From NCBI GenBank assembly GCA_965644315.1, contig CBFFRQ010000056.1, positions 434,001 to 498,000 on the forward strand: a stretch of 64,000 nucleotides of DNA, in the 5' to 3' direction. Origin of the DNA: Caecitellus pseudoparvulus (Eukaryota; Protista; Bigyra: Bicosoecida). Under the pieces are notes generated by a model. That model saw nothing but the letters and a program-made list of their open reading frames with translations. It had not been told where the DNA came from and ran no database searches. This document shows, piece by piece, positions 9,790-21,605 of this stretch (within the stretch, counting starts at the first letter, position 1; every line of letters begins with the position of its first letter). A program made the translations under genes and the position numbers.

Positions 9790-11927
9790 TCACATGTGCT
9801 GCAGGTAGTGCTGCAGGGTGACGCGCAGTTGGGCGACAGAGGCGGGAGGGGGGGCTGACCCCCCCTGCGTCACCGCCTCGCCCTGCAAGGCGCGGGCCAC
9901 CCCGTGCAGCAGGCGCACGTTGTCCACCCCCAGGGTGCCGCTGCTGATCAGCTGCACAGTCTCCATGGCAGCCTGCAGGGCGGTGAGGGGGGGGGCACCA
10001 CCCCCCCCCTCCCCGCCGGGAGCAGCTGACCCCGCGCCACCACCCTCCAACACCCCCTCCGGCATGGGCACGCCCAGCACACAGGCCAGCAGTGTCTTGT
10101 GTGCCAGGAGGTGTGGCACAAAGGCGGGCATGGCCCCCTCCAGCCCCAGCACCACGCGGCACATGCGGCGATGCAGCGCGGCATGCTGCCCCTTCAACGC
10201 CGCCACCGTGCCGGCCAGGGCATGCAGGTGGGCGGAGCTGAGCATGCCCTCGCGCAGGAGGCATGACAGGACGTCCTCCAGGGCACTGGTGAGGGCCAGG
10301 GGCACGCTGTCGGGGGCGGCATCCCCCCCCGACGTGGGCGTGGAAGCTTGCAGCTTCAACACATCCAGGGTGGTTTGCAGAGCGAGCGGATCGGCCACCA
10401 GCTGCTCGATGGCCGCTGCAGGCAGCACCATGGACACATCTCGCACCAGCTGGAAGCTGTGCATGGACAGGGTGGCGCTCGACGCAGCCTGCGCCGCGGA
10501 CAGCAGGCTGCTCCACGTGTCAGCGGAAACTGCAACCCCATCCGCACCCACTGCAGGCAGGGACTTGAGCAGAGCCGAGGGGGCAGCCGGCTGGGCCCCT
10601 TGGCCCACTGGGACAGGGGGTGTGTCACCCCCCACCGCCTCCTCCCCCCCCTCCTCCTCGGGTGGGGGCTGCTCCCCCTCCTCCTCCTCCTCCTCGCTGA
10701 ACGGTGTGTCAGCACCCTGCTCGTCGGGTTGCTGGGTGTCCACATTGTCGTTTGCGGCGCCGGCGGCGCCCCCCAGCGCGGAAATCGTCTCGATCATGCT
10801 CTCCAGGATGCCCGACGTGGCGATGAAGGAGCAGGCCTGGCGCCGCGCCTCCACTCCGCCGTCGCCGCCCGTCAAGCGCGACACCAACCGCTGCGCACCC
10901 AGTACCTGCACATCGGGCGCCCCATGCGTCAGCTGCAAGTGGGCCATGGTCAGGTGGTGCTGCAGCACCATGCGTTTGAACGCGTGTGTCTTCACACCGC
11001 CGAAGCGCGACTCAGCCTTGTCCGTCACCGCCACGATCATTTCGTGCACCGTGTTGGCAACCGTTAGCAACTCGCACTGCGCAGAGGGCAAGGAGCCGGG
11101 CATGGTGGCGCCACGCTGCAGGCGCAGCAGCATGGCCTGACACAAATCAATCAGGGTGCCCTGCGCAAACGCCTCCGTGCAGGTCCACCGCGCCTTGTCC
11201 AGAATGGACCGCGCGTAGCAGTCCAACTCCGCCAGCGGCACGGGCTCCACGCTCTGCCGTTGCAGGCGGTCGATGGCCGCAGCATAGCCCCCGGCATCTG
11301 CAAAGGCATTGGCGGCCAGGATCCAGTACCGGCTGGCGCCGCCGGCGGGGATTTTGAAGCTGGCGCCGTTGTACTGGTCGGCCTCCGGCGTATCACCCCG
11401 CAGGCCGTGGGCGGGAGTGCAGAAGAACTTGCTGCAGTCCGCAGTTGCCAGAAACACGCGGGAAATCTGCAGCAGCATGACTTGCGGCACGTTGCCCTCG
11501 ATGTTCTGCATGTACCACACCACCAGCTGCGTGACGGGGACCGGGACGGGGGGTTTCCGGAGTGGCTAAGCGGCAGCGCACGAATGTGGTGCAGGTCGAG
11601 TGCTGGTCACCGCCCCACGCACCTTCAGCAACTCTTGCACGAACTCAGTGATGGCAATGGCAAAGGGCTCTGTGGAACTCACGGCGCCCATCATGCGGCG
11701 CATGGCAGGGGACAGCACCTCCTCCAGAAATTCCTCCTGCTTGCGTTGGCGTGGTGGTGTGCCTTGACTGCATGTGCATGCGCTAGGCCCCTGCTCCAAC
11801 GCACCCGCGCCTCGCCGTTCAAAGACCCCGACCGAATGGCAGACAGGCGTTCCCTCAGCACCTGCAGCTCCTCCAGGTTTTCGTACGGCGGCAGGGAGGT
11901 GTCCTGCTCAGACTGCTCCGCTGCCAT
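9790..11927 (-). CDS. Helical-solenoid protein resembling the USP9/USP24/USP34 N-terminal region, with no catalytic domain
   Basis: Three exons joined in phase 0 by GTGCGT...GCAG introns (about 11737-11804 and 11527-11622). SRYWILAANAFADAGGYAAAIDRL and LQHHLTMAHLQLTHGAPDVQVLGAQRL resemble USP9X [22 protein letters not shown] and [28 protein letters not shown]. The gene is well supported; the family call is tentative. Confidence 0.55.
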
Positions 11928-12469
11928 GGCTGGTGCGCAGGAGGCGGTGCGTGTTTGAAGCGGCTGGCGCGCGTGGGTAGCAGCGCAGGGTGCTACACGG
12001 AACCGAGGCGCTCGATTCTCGCACGATTGGTCGTGTGTGCCAGGCGTGCACGATGTGCATTCCCGGAGGCACTGCGAGAGGCGTGTGCTGACCCTGCAAC
12101 GGAAGGAGCGTTGGCAGGGGGGGGTGCGCCGGCGCGCACCCCCCGCTGTCGGTTCCAGATGCCCGTGCGCACAACAGACAAGTCACTGAACTTGCACCCC
12201 AGCAGTCGACGCCCGGCAGGCACTCGCTCCCCAGCTCGCGACGCTGGCCTGGAGACGGCGTGTCGCGCGCGACGGGTTCGCACAGAGCCGATCCGCCGCC
12301 CCTCCCCGGCGCCCGCCTGCCAAGCGGCCACCCACTGCCCTGCCCGTGCTCCAGCTTGCCCTCTGCATTTTCCCCCAGGCTGCCCCACCTCCAGCGCCAC
12401 GCACTGCCGCATTGACCCTTGTCCGCTGGCCAGGCCTGCGGCAGAAACGCTCGGCGGCCACCCCACGCC

Positions 12470-13459
12470 ATGGCGCACTTTGACATCGACCCCAAGACGG
12501 GGGAGCCCTTCTCCCTCGTCGAGTACACGGTGCCACTGGCCGTGAACCCCAGCACCACCCTCGTGGACGCGTTTGGCCGGCGGGAGGCAACGCAGCAGGC
12601 TGCCGGCGCAGCCACCCGCCTGGCCCCCCCTGGCTCAAAGCACACCTCCGTGAACGACGGGCAGAGCGAGCCCACGCACCGGCGGCGGAGGGCTGGGCGG
12701 GGCAGTGCGCCCACCACTGCCTCCTCCTCCTTCATGCCTTCGGGCGAGGTGCTGCGTGTGCTGCATTCCGTGCTGCCGCCGCGTGAGTGGTTGGACGGCG
12801 ACGGCACGCTGTACTCCCAGCACGCCGTGGACAGCGCCCGCCCCACGCGGGAGGATGTTCTGGAGCTGGAGGAGCTGCTGGACCACGAGCTGCGTGCACG
12901 GCAGGCACGGCCCGCCACGTGCATTGCCGTGGCTGGCACAGCTGCCGCACGGGCCGGGTCAGGCGACGGCGCTGCCCTGCTGCGACATGGCTGCCTGTGC
13001 CCCGTGCGAGAAACGCTCTTCTCGCAAACCTACGACGAGCTCATTCGCCAAGTGTGTCTGCTGGAGCCAGCACGGGGACTGCTGCTGGCCCGGGTGCGGG
13101 ACCAGCACCGCATGGTCCTGGCTGCCTACGCGTCCCTGGCGCAGAGCGGCGTCAAGTACGCCGCTGACAAGGCCAGGGAGGCGGAGGACGGTGACGCTGT
13201 GGCGGCGACCCTCGCGCAGGACACACAGCGCCTGCAGGCGGAAGTGGCGAGCTTACGGCGGGAAGCAGCCCGTCTGCAGCTGCGCCTGAGCAAGGCCAAG
13301 GAGCGGCATGCTGGGCAGGGCGCGGCGCGGCGGGCGGCGCAGGCTGCGGAAATTGCCCACCTCACCGCTCAAAACGACATCTTCCGCACCTTCCTGCAGC
13401 AGGCGGAGAGCGCCGACATTGAGTTTGGCGTGGTCTCGGCGCCTCCTGCACACAAGTGA
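12470..13459 (+). CDS. DNALI1: Axonemal inner-arm dynein light chain p28 (DNALI1)-like protein
   Basis: LHSVLPPREW, PTREDVLELEELLD, LCPVRETLFSQTYDELIRQV, RGLLLARVRD, followed by a coiled coil. Confidence 0.85.
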   Translation: MAHFDIDPKTGEPFSLVEYTVPLAVNPSTTLVDAFGRREATQQAAGAATRLAPPGSKHTSVNDGQSEPTHRRRRAGRGSAPTTASSSFMPSGEVLRVLHSVLPPREWLDGDGTLYSQHAVDSARPTREDVLELEELLDHELRARQARPATCIAVAGTAAARAGSGDGAALLRHGCLCPVRETLFSQTYDELIRQVCLLEPARGLLLARVRDQHRMVLAAYASLAQSGVKYAADKAREAEDGDAVAATLAQDTQRLQAEVASLRREAARLQLRLSKAKERHAGQGAARRAAQAAEIAHLTAQNDIFRTFLQQAESADIEFGVVSAPPAHK

Positions 13460-13471
13460 CCTGTGCTGCGT

Positions 13472-14359
13472 TCACTTGCGTTGGGCAGCCGCCTCGGCGT
13501 CTGCCGCCAGCAGCGCGTCGCGTTGCTTGGCGTCCAGCACGAACTGCGCCACGTCAGCGTCCAGGTCCAGGTGGCCGCCGCCACCCTCCTCCTCATCGTC
13601 GTCATCAGCGTAGGGGTCCCACTCGCCCTCCCCTTCCTCGGCATCCTCATCGCCGTAGTCAGGCGTCAGCGCCCCCGCTGCGATCAGCTCAGCCACCTGG
13701 TCGGGGGACGCCCCCGCCAGCGTCTCCTGCTCCGCCTCAATGAAGCTCTGAATGCTGCCCCGGTCCACGCCTGTCATGGCGGTGAGGTCCAGCGCCGCCT
13801 GCTTGCCCGCCGCCGCCCGCGCCTCGGGGCTGGCGCCCTCGCCTGCCATGGCCGTCGCAGCTTGGTCCTGCAGGTGGGCTTTGAATTTGGGGTCACTGCG
13901 TGTGCGTTCGTAGAAGAGGTACTGAGACAGGGCACGCTCCGCTCTGCGCAGGGTGTGAAGGGGGGAGGTGGTGGCTGTGCTGCTCACCGGCGCTGCGCCC
14001 AAGTGCAGTGCAGCAGGCGGCACACGCACCGCTCCCGCAGCTGTTTGGCCAACTCCGGGTTGGTTTCGAACTTGTTCGCGCGGAATTGCGTGCGCACGAC
14101 CGCTCGGAGTGTGGCTGCCTTGCCGCTCTGTAAGCAATGTGCGCCAGAGACAGTGGCGGGGGGCGCAGGCGTGAGGGTTGGCGTACCGGCGCTCGCTCAC
14201 CTGCACACCAGCCATGTGCTTGACGAGCCGGAGGCAGTCGCGGTACACCTGTGGCGGGGGACGGTGGCAGGGAGGCGTGCGCGGTGTCAACATGGTCTGA
14301 AGCGGAACTTGGTTTGGCAGACGGCGCACCTGAAGCGTCGTGCGCTCAGCCACAGACAT
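13472..14359 (-). CDS. LYR-motif (Complex1_LYR) protein with acidic C-terminal extension, multi-exon
   Basis: Spliced reading MSVAERTTLQ|VYRDCLRLVKHMAGVQ|SGKAATLRAVVRTQFRANKFETNPELAKQLRER|AERALSQYLF. VYR plus the downstream F-R-x-N-K match LYRM proteins. Confidence 0.75.
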   Translation of the reverse strand: MSVAERTTLQVRRLPNQVPLQTMLTPRTPPCHRPPPQVYRDCLRLVKHMAGVQVSERRYANPHACAPRHCLWRTLLTERQGSHTPSGRAHAIPREQVRNQPGVGQTAAGAVRVPPAALHLGAAPVSSTATTSPLHTLRRAERALSQYLFYERTRSDPKFKAHLQDQAATAMAGEGASPEARAAAGKQAALDLTAMTGVDRGSIQSFIEAEQETLAGASPDQVAELIAAGALTPDYGDEDAEEGEGEWDPYADDDDEEEGGGGHLDLDADVAQFVLDAKQRDALLAADAEAAAQRK

Positions 14360-14736
14360 GGCGCTGGGAAGGCAGGCGGTCAGAGCATACAACACTGGCG
14401 ATGGTCTCAAGATGCCGAGGTGTGGGGCGCGAGGGTGGCGTGTTGTGCCGGGCAGGCGCAGATGAGCGTGGGGCACCTGCGGAATCTGAACGGCAGGCAG
14501 GTCTTGCAGAGCATTGACAGGCAGCAGTGCGCCGCCGGCAGCAATTTCGCCAATCTGAAGAAACGCACCAGCCTGTCACCTCCAACGGGCGCACCTTGTC
14601 CAGACCAGGCCCCCGCCAAACGTGCCCGGCGCTGCCAATCGCCGCACTGCCAAGCTTGCGCATGCGAGAAGCCGTGTCAGCTGACGTCGCCGGCACTTCG
14701 CAGGCAGCCGATGGGGAACAAGTGCCCCGAGCAGCG

Positions 14737-15243
14737 TCAACATGACAGATTCCAGTGCGCAGGGGTGTCCGTCATGAGTGGGGCAGGCTGCCGCGGCCGG
14801 CGTGTCGCGGCGTGGGTGCGCTGGAGCACCTTGCCCCACGCCGACAGGTGCGGGATATTTCCCCGCCGCCCACGCCCGGCGGCGTTTGAAGCGGCCCATG
14901 CCGACATGGGCAGCAGCTTCCCCGCCGCGGCACGCCGGACGCCGTGTGCTGGCCCCACCCCTGCCAGACTGCCGCCTGGTGACTGGACCTGCCCAAACTG
15001 CCCGGCAGGCTGGGCGGTTCCGGTCCTACCACGGTTGCGGTTGCGGGCACTGCCGCGCCCCACTGCTGCACTGCTTTGCGGCCCTTGTGGCGTGGCCGCC
15101 CAGCCACTCGCCCGCCCTGCAGAGCCATGGCATGTGCGCGCAGACGAGGCGCTTGTCCTTTGAACCCTTCCTCCACCCCGCTTTGCCGCTGGCCCGGCCG
15201 TGGGGCGGCGCAAACTCGCTGCAGCTGCGCGGAAATAGCTCAT
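14737..15243 (-). CDS. Possible hypothetical gene; exon structure unresolved
   Basis: ATG 15243 starts MSYFRAAAASLRRP, which looks like a mitochondrial presequence, and there are exon-like segments down to about 14480. No domain is recognisable. Confidence 0.25.
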   Translation of the reverse strand: MSYFRAAAASLRRPTAGPAAKRGGGRVQRTSASSARTCHGSAGRASGWAATPQGPQSSAAVGRGSARNRNRGRTGTAQPAGQFGQVQSPGGSLAGVGPAHGVRRAAAGKLLPMSAWAASNAAGRGRRGNIPHLSAWGKVLQRTHAATRRPRQPAPLMTDTPAHWNLSC

Positions 15244-16193
15244 TCTCGACAATGGGAATGCAGGCTCCCTAGCACACCATGGGGCTGCATGCGCCAAGTG
15301 TTCGAGCGCATTCAAGTGGGGAGTGCGATTCTCGCTTCGGGGCCCTGCTGACGGCAGGGGGAGCGCCGCTGCGCTTGCAGCACGCAGCGCCTGGGAGCAG
15401 CAGCACCTGCAGCGTCAGCCGCCGCGGCGCACACGCTCCACGTCAGCAGGGCGCAGCTCGCTGCTCGCGAGGCTCCACGCTGCGACAGCACCCTGCATGG
15501 CATGGCATGCATGATACCTATGCGTGAAAGCTGCTTTAGCCGGCACAGAACGGCAGACGGCGGCATACCTTCGCCTCGAAAGTGCCTGCTGCAACACGCA
15601 GCGGCGTGATGGCGCGTGCGCCGGAGCAGCGCCAGCACGGCCCCACCGCGCTGGAAACGCAGGCAGCGCACTGAGCACACGCCAAACTGTTCCGCTGTGT
15701 TGTTTTCGGGCACCTTCCGCGCGTGCTCTCTGCAGCGTGGGCGAGTTCGGAGCGGCTCGGTCGGGCGGCGACACGCGCCTTCGCAGGGACTCTCCCCACG
15801 AGGTCAAAGCATGAGTGCAGTGCTGAGCGAGGTGTGCCGTCCGTGTGGGTGTCGACGGGGCTCGCCGGGGCGCCAGGGCTGCCTGCGATGGTGCTAGGCT
15901 GCGGAGGCCAAGCTGGCGCCAGCCCCCCCAAACACCCTTGGCTTCCACCCAGTCACTTCGGCGGCCGCCGCGGCATGGCACAATTGCGAAGGCTCCCACT
16001 TTGCGCACCAAAGCATGAGTGTCGGCGTTGACACGGCAGGTGCTGCAGGTAATTCAGTCAGGGGCCGCCACAGCCCGCCACCGGCCAACCGTTTTGCCGC
16101 TTCTGGAGAGAGGCGCAGAGCATCGAGCTGCCCCGCACCTGCCAAGCGCGTGGGCAGCCAGCAGCGCAAGCCACGCGCGCGCCAGGAGTAGGC

Positions 16194-18188
16194 ATGAACA
16201 AGAGCACGGGGCCTCGTCCGCCTGTGCGGCCAGGATACGCATGGTGCGTCGCGCGGGGCGCAGGCCGGTCTGGGAAGTGCTGGTCGTTGTGCTGCTGCCC
16301 GCAGGCATCCACACCTGCCCTGGCACCTCGCTGCACACGCTGCCCCGCCCCCTCCACAGCACCCTTTGCGCCAAAGCCAAGGTGCGCACGGCTGCCTGCC
16401 CTGCTCCCCCGCCTAGTGGGGGTGCCCTGCTCACGCCCCCGCCCCCTGGCTCCATGCTGCTGCCTTAGCAATGCCCGCACGGTAAACTCCCGACGCCCCT
16501 GCACGCACTGCAGAGGCGCTGCTCCGGGACGACGGGGGCCGAAGCCTGCGACCGGTGCAAGAAGAACAACTGCGAAGACAAGTGCATCCCCGTCTCCACC
16601 AAGCGCTCGCTGTCAGGTGTGTGTGCGCGGCAGGTCGACCCCGCGCTGTGCAGGCTGTGTTTCACCACCGTCTCCGCACCGGCCTCCCGTTCCCCGCCGC
16701 CGGCACAGGGCCCGAGAAGGACAAGCTCCGCAAGCACGACGGCGTCAAGTTCCACAACAAGCCCTTGGGTGCACGGACGACTTCTGCCGGCGCCTCGCAA
16801 GATCAGGTCAGTGTGTCGGCGCGCGTTGCGTGGTTGCACGTGGTTCTCGGCAGGCTCCGCACAGCCAAAGCTGCCGACAAGTGCCACAGACGCCCCACCC
16901 AATGTGCCGCGTACCATGCATGTGCCAAGGTGCCTACATGGGGGGCAGCGCGTGCCTTCGCGCGTGGGGGCGCGGCCTGCCCTGGGGCAGTGCAGCGGTA
17001 AAACTTTGCCGCTCCTGCTAGCGACAGCCCTGCACACGTTGCCCACGGGCTAACTGCCTGCACGCACGCCACCACGCGATCACCATGCAGGTTCCCATTC
17101 GACGATCCAAGCGCAAGGCGGCTGCAGCATCCACGGAGAAGATGCGTGCTACAGTGCTCGAGGAAAACGCGGACGGCGCGGCGGAGGGGTTGGCGGCGGA
17201 AACGCAGGGCGTCGGGAAGAGTTCAGGCGCACAACCTGCCGCCGCCCTCCCAGCACCCCAACGCGGACACGACTCACGCGGCACCCAACCAGCAGCCCAG
17301 GCACCCGCAACGCGTTCAGAACACGCTGCCTGGCCAGTGCAGCGAGCGCCTGCCCCCGGCAACGCCGGTACCAGCAGCGCTGCTCCCAACTCGTCATGTG
17401 CGCCAGGGCAAGTGCACCCGCCTGGGCAGACGGCTGTACAACCAGGCTGGCAGCAGCCTGCGCAACCATACGCGCCGATGCAGAGCATGTACCAGGCACA
17501 TGCTCCCCTCCTGTATCAATACGGAGGCCCCAACCAGCTGCCAAGCGCCGCATCTTCAGGCTTCACCACGCCGCTTGCGGGGTCCGCGTGGGACAACTCA
17601 CCCCCCGCGCAAAGCCCACAAACAGGCGCCAACCCGGGCATGGGGCGCCCATGGCCTGCCTTGGGGGCGCCAACACACAGTGTCCCAAGACTGGGTCCGT
17701 GGGCAGCCCCCCCTCACCCTGCGCAAACTACCTACAAGCCCTACTTACCACACGCGTGGGGCGTTGTGGGTGCAACCCTCCAGCCCCACGCGCACACACC
17801 GCCAGCACCCGCGACACTGGGCGGCCGCGTCCGCCGTCGGTCTTGTCCCGATGACACTGCCCAAGTGCACCCGGGGGCTGCCTCTGGCGCCGCTTACTGG
17901 TCAGCTGACGGCGTGTCTGCCCCCCCACCCCAGCGCGCTCGTGGGCTGGAGTCCGCAGAACCACAGGCACACCACACCCACCTCGCCACACAGCCTGGGA
18001 CGGCCGCACCGTTGATATCATCGTGGTCACAGGCTGTCTCTCGGCCGATGGCCGGCCTGTCCCCCTCTGCAAGTGCCGGGGGGGCGCAGGAGCCCGCTTG
18101 CAGTGCTCTTGGCGGTTCGCGAGCCGGCGCGCAGGCGGTGACACCCCGCGCCCCCAGCGCCGCTCCCTACCAGGCCACCATGGTGTGA
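16194..18188 (+). CDS. Zn(II)2Cys6 (GAL4-type) binuclear-cluster transcription factor, 5 exons
   Basis: Exons 16194-16243, 16360-16381, 16514-16616, 16709-16806 and 17091-18188 are all GT-AG and phase-compatible. They give MNKSTGPRPPVRPGYACTLCAKAKRRCSGTTGAEACDRCKKNNCEDKCIP (Cx2Cx6Cx8Cx2Cx8C), a basic RRSKRK patch, and a Pro/Gln-rich tail. Confidence 0.85.
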
Positions 18189-19182
18189 AATCGACTGCAT
18201 TTGCCCTGAAACTTCTCATTGTCAACCTGGCTGCCACCTGCCGTGCCTGTGCAGCCTGTGGAGCCCGCCGCCCCTGCCGAGCCTTCCCTTGCTGGGGCGC
18301 TGTGCGCCTCCCCGGGCAATGCAGCGGCAGCCACGCCTGCAGCTGCCGACAGCAGTGTCGGTCACCGGCTCACTGCTCTGCAAGCCAGTGCCTCTGCTTG
18401 TAGTTGCAGGCGCAGTGGGTGGTGCCGGCGCACCGCGTCCCCTTTTCCGCCCCTCAGCCGTGGGTGGTGGAATGTGCGCCAACTCGCTCTCGCTGTCGGC
18501 GGAGCCGCGCCATGGCACGCACGCCCACCAGTGGAACGGCACCGTGTTGCTGGGGGCACGACAATGTCATGTGCTTGTCTGTTACCCCGTGTGAGGCATT
18601 CGTCGTTGTCTGCGTTCTGCACAGGCTCGCCCACGGCGGGTGGGGGATCAGGGAGCTGTCGGCCGTTTCCACGCCCGCGCAGGCCCGGCCCTGCACCCCG
18701 TACGGCGACCATGCTGAGAGCCATCACCCGCCATCACGTGGACAGCACTCCTCCCACTTAGCTGGCTGCTGTAGAGCTTGGTGGGTGCTCGCACAGCACA
18801 ATCTTTCGCTGCCTCCGGCTCAACTGCCGCTGCACAGGCCAATGCTGCCGACGCCCCCCTCACGCAGTGAGCAAGGCAGTTCCCGCGCTGCAAATTGCCA
18901 TGACATGTGTACACTGACTACACATTGTAAATGTAGATACTGTATCCCGATAGGATGCGTGTGCGGTGGGGTTGTGTCGAGGCACGAGGCGGCAAACGGC
19001 GGCACCCACCACGCTCTCACATGCAGCACCAACGCGCCGCCCCACAGCACGCACTGACAGAGCTCCGGTGCACAACACAACTGCAGTGGCCTGTAGATGT
19101 ATCTGGTATTGGGACGTGGTACCTGTAGCTCCCGCTGCCTGCGCAGTCGCCGCTGTCGGTGCGCCTCTCGGGTGCCCGGCGC

Positions 19183-20199
19183 ATGGCTCGCCCTGCCGCA
19201 GCTTGGCTGCGTGGGGCATCGGCGCAGGGCGATGGCGGCTTGGCGAAGTTCGCCCTCATCACGGGGGCAAGCCAGGGCTACGGGCGGGAATTGGCGTGCA
19301 TGTGTGCTGGAGCTGTGGAGGGGCCCCTGACCATGCTGCTGTCTGCCCGCAGTGAGGCGGGGCTGCGGGCGACGGCGGCCAAGGTGCAGCTGGTGCGGAA
19401 ATCGAGAGCAGCAGTGCCCCCTGGAAGGCAGGCGGCACTGCCACGCAAGCACCCCCCTCCACGAGCAGGCGAATGGCGACGTTGATGTGCACTGCCACCC
19501 CTGTGACTTGTCTGCTGACTCTGGCCCGGAGTCCCTGCAGGCTGCCATGCGCGAGCTCGTGCGTGCAAGCGCCCCCTCGCCCCCCCACCAACTGCCCTGT
19601 GCGGTGCCGCGCACCCGCCCGACCTGCCGCAACCCCCGCCACAGCTGAGGCAAGAGACCTACTCCACTGGACTGTTCCTGAGTAACGCCGGCTCCCTTGG
19701 GCCGCTGGGGCCTTCGCACGCCCTGCACACGGCTGCAAGTTCCGCGGACGTTGCACGCTTCTTTGCGCTCAACGTCGCCGCGCACATGTGGCTGTCCAGC
19801 GCCGTCTCCCAGGCGTTCCACGCAGAAACCAGGCATGGCGGCGTCATAGTTAATGTTTCTTCTCTCGCGGCAGTGCAGCCTGTCGCGCAGTGGGGGGCCT
19901 ACTGCGCCGCGAAAGCTGCCCGAGACATGGCTGCTGCAGTTGCGGCTTGTGAGTCGCCGACGGGGGCAGTGGAGGTGCTGAATTGGGCGCCGGGGCCCAT
20001 GCCAGGCGCCATGCAGACAACTCTAGCGCAGGCTGGCTTGGGATCTCCCGTCCTCGTGCCCATGGCTGACTCTGCTGCCGCCCTGGGCGCCCTGCTGTTC
20101 ACGCGCCACGGCCAGGCGGCGTGGGCGTCTGGCGCACATGTGGACGTGTTTGACAGCGCCCTGCAGAGCCTGCGCGCCACGCCTGCCCCCCCTCGCTGA
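19183..20199 (+). CDS. Sepiapterin-reductase-like short-chain dehydrogenase, 3 exons
   Basis: ALITGASQGYG, SNAGSLGPLG, IVNVSSLAAVQP, WGAYCAAKAARDM (YxxxK) and VLNWAPGP. Introns at 19384-19468 and 19559-19644. Confidence 0.85.
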
Positions 20200-20212
20200 G
20201 CTGTGCATTGTG

Positions 20213-21111
20213 TCACTTCTTGGCCTTCTTCGTCTTCTTCCCGCTCTTGGCCTTCTTGGGCTTCTTGCTGCTTGACCTTGCGCCGCCGTCGCTGCGGCTG
20301 CCAGGCTGCACTGCACTTGAGCCGCCACGCACAGGCTCTGCGCCGGCCGGGGCCTCCTGCACACCCGCGCCACTGCTGCCGGGGGGGGTGAAGTACCCCG
20401 GCAAGCTGGGCGCCTGCGGGATGGGGGCCAGGCGGCCCAGCTGTGGCACTGCCGCAGGCTTCAAACTGCCCATGGCGCTGCCGACTGCCTCGGCAGCCTG
20501 CGCACCCGGCACGGCGGCGTCAGGCACGCTGAGGATGAGGGAGGCACTCAGAGGGGGGGCTAGTAGCCGTGTGCCGGGGGGGAAGTCACTGCGCTTGGCG
20601 GGGGTCACCGCTGCTCGTGCGTTGTGCGTCGCCGGCAATGCACTGGCCACCACGGAGAATAGGGGGCGAGCCTTCTTCCCAGGGCCACGCACGGAGCCGG
20701 TGCCTTGCCCAGACGCCGGCAAGGACATTTTGCTGCCCTGCAGGGACTTCAGCTCCGCGCCGTGGGGCAGCTGCAGCAGCACCAGGCGCTTGCCTGGCTC
20801 CGCTGTCGTGAGGGCGCCGGAGGAGGGCTTCACCACGGCCCACTTGCCCGAGCTCAGGGTGAGTGTTGTGCGGCTGCCGGCGGTGCTGCCAGTGTCGCCT
20901 GTCCCCCGCACCACTGTCGTTGTGTCGTCAGCGACGCTGCCGGTGCTGTGCGGCAGGCGTGGGCGTGGGCGTGCGCAGCCTGCGGAAATTGCAGGCAGCC
21001 CTCTCTCACGCACCCAGTGGAGCCCTGCGCAAAGCTGACAGACTTGCGGCGCGCATCGGAGCCATCCCGCCTGCGCTTCTTGCTCTTCTTTGTCGTCCCT
21101 TGGCTGTCCAT
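20213..21111 (-). CDS. RPA34: RNA polymerase I subunit RPA34 (A34.5/CD3EAP)-like
   Basis: KRLVLLQLPHGAELKSLQGSKMSLP ~ ELWLIQAPADF..F.G..V.L, PIPQAPSLPGYFTPPG ~ PPPQIPPGLRPRFCAFGG, and a Lys-rich C-terminus. One intron at 20946-21013. Confidence 0.6.
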
Positions 21112-21605
21112 GGCCGGTGCTGGACCACTGCTGCTCGGGGGGGGGGCGCCTGCTGGTCAGGCGACGAACACCCTGGCGCTGGCGGGGGCGGTGTGCCTGG
21201 CAGGCTACTGGGGGACAGGCACGCCTGGCGCAACGCCGCAGGTGTGCAGTGAGGTTGAGTGACTCGTGGGGGGTGTTGTGTATCGCTGGCGCCTGTGCAC
21301 GGACCCCGCCCCACAGTGGCAGTGCTGCAGCTCAAGCCAGGCATCGCTGGCCGCCCCTCCACGGGCACCCCTGGCACTGCACAATGCCGGCGCCAAAACA
21401 CCCCAAGCGCACAGTACGCACGTGCAAGCTGGGGCTTGGTCTGGTGCCCCTCCCCCCCACTCCCAGGCGCCGTGGCCGACGCCCCTGACTGGCTTACGCC
21501 CGGGTGCGGAACTTCGCACCTCCCCACGGCGCTGGCCCGCAGCGCCCCGGACGGCCCCCACAGGCGCAGGCAGTGGCACAGCAGCCACACACAGCTCACT
21601 GCAGC

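Noticed and set aside
13463-15163. 566-aa plus-strand ORF
   Set aside because: It is the antisense shadow of the LYR gene and adjacent sequence, with no domain.
18890-18960. AT-richer hairpin-like patch as a possible snoRNA
   Set aside because: No convincing C/D or H/ACA box pair.
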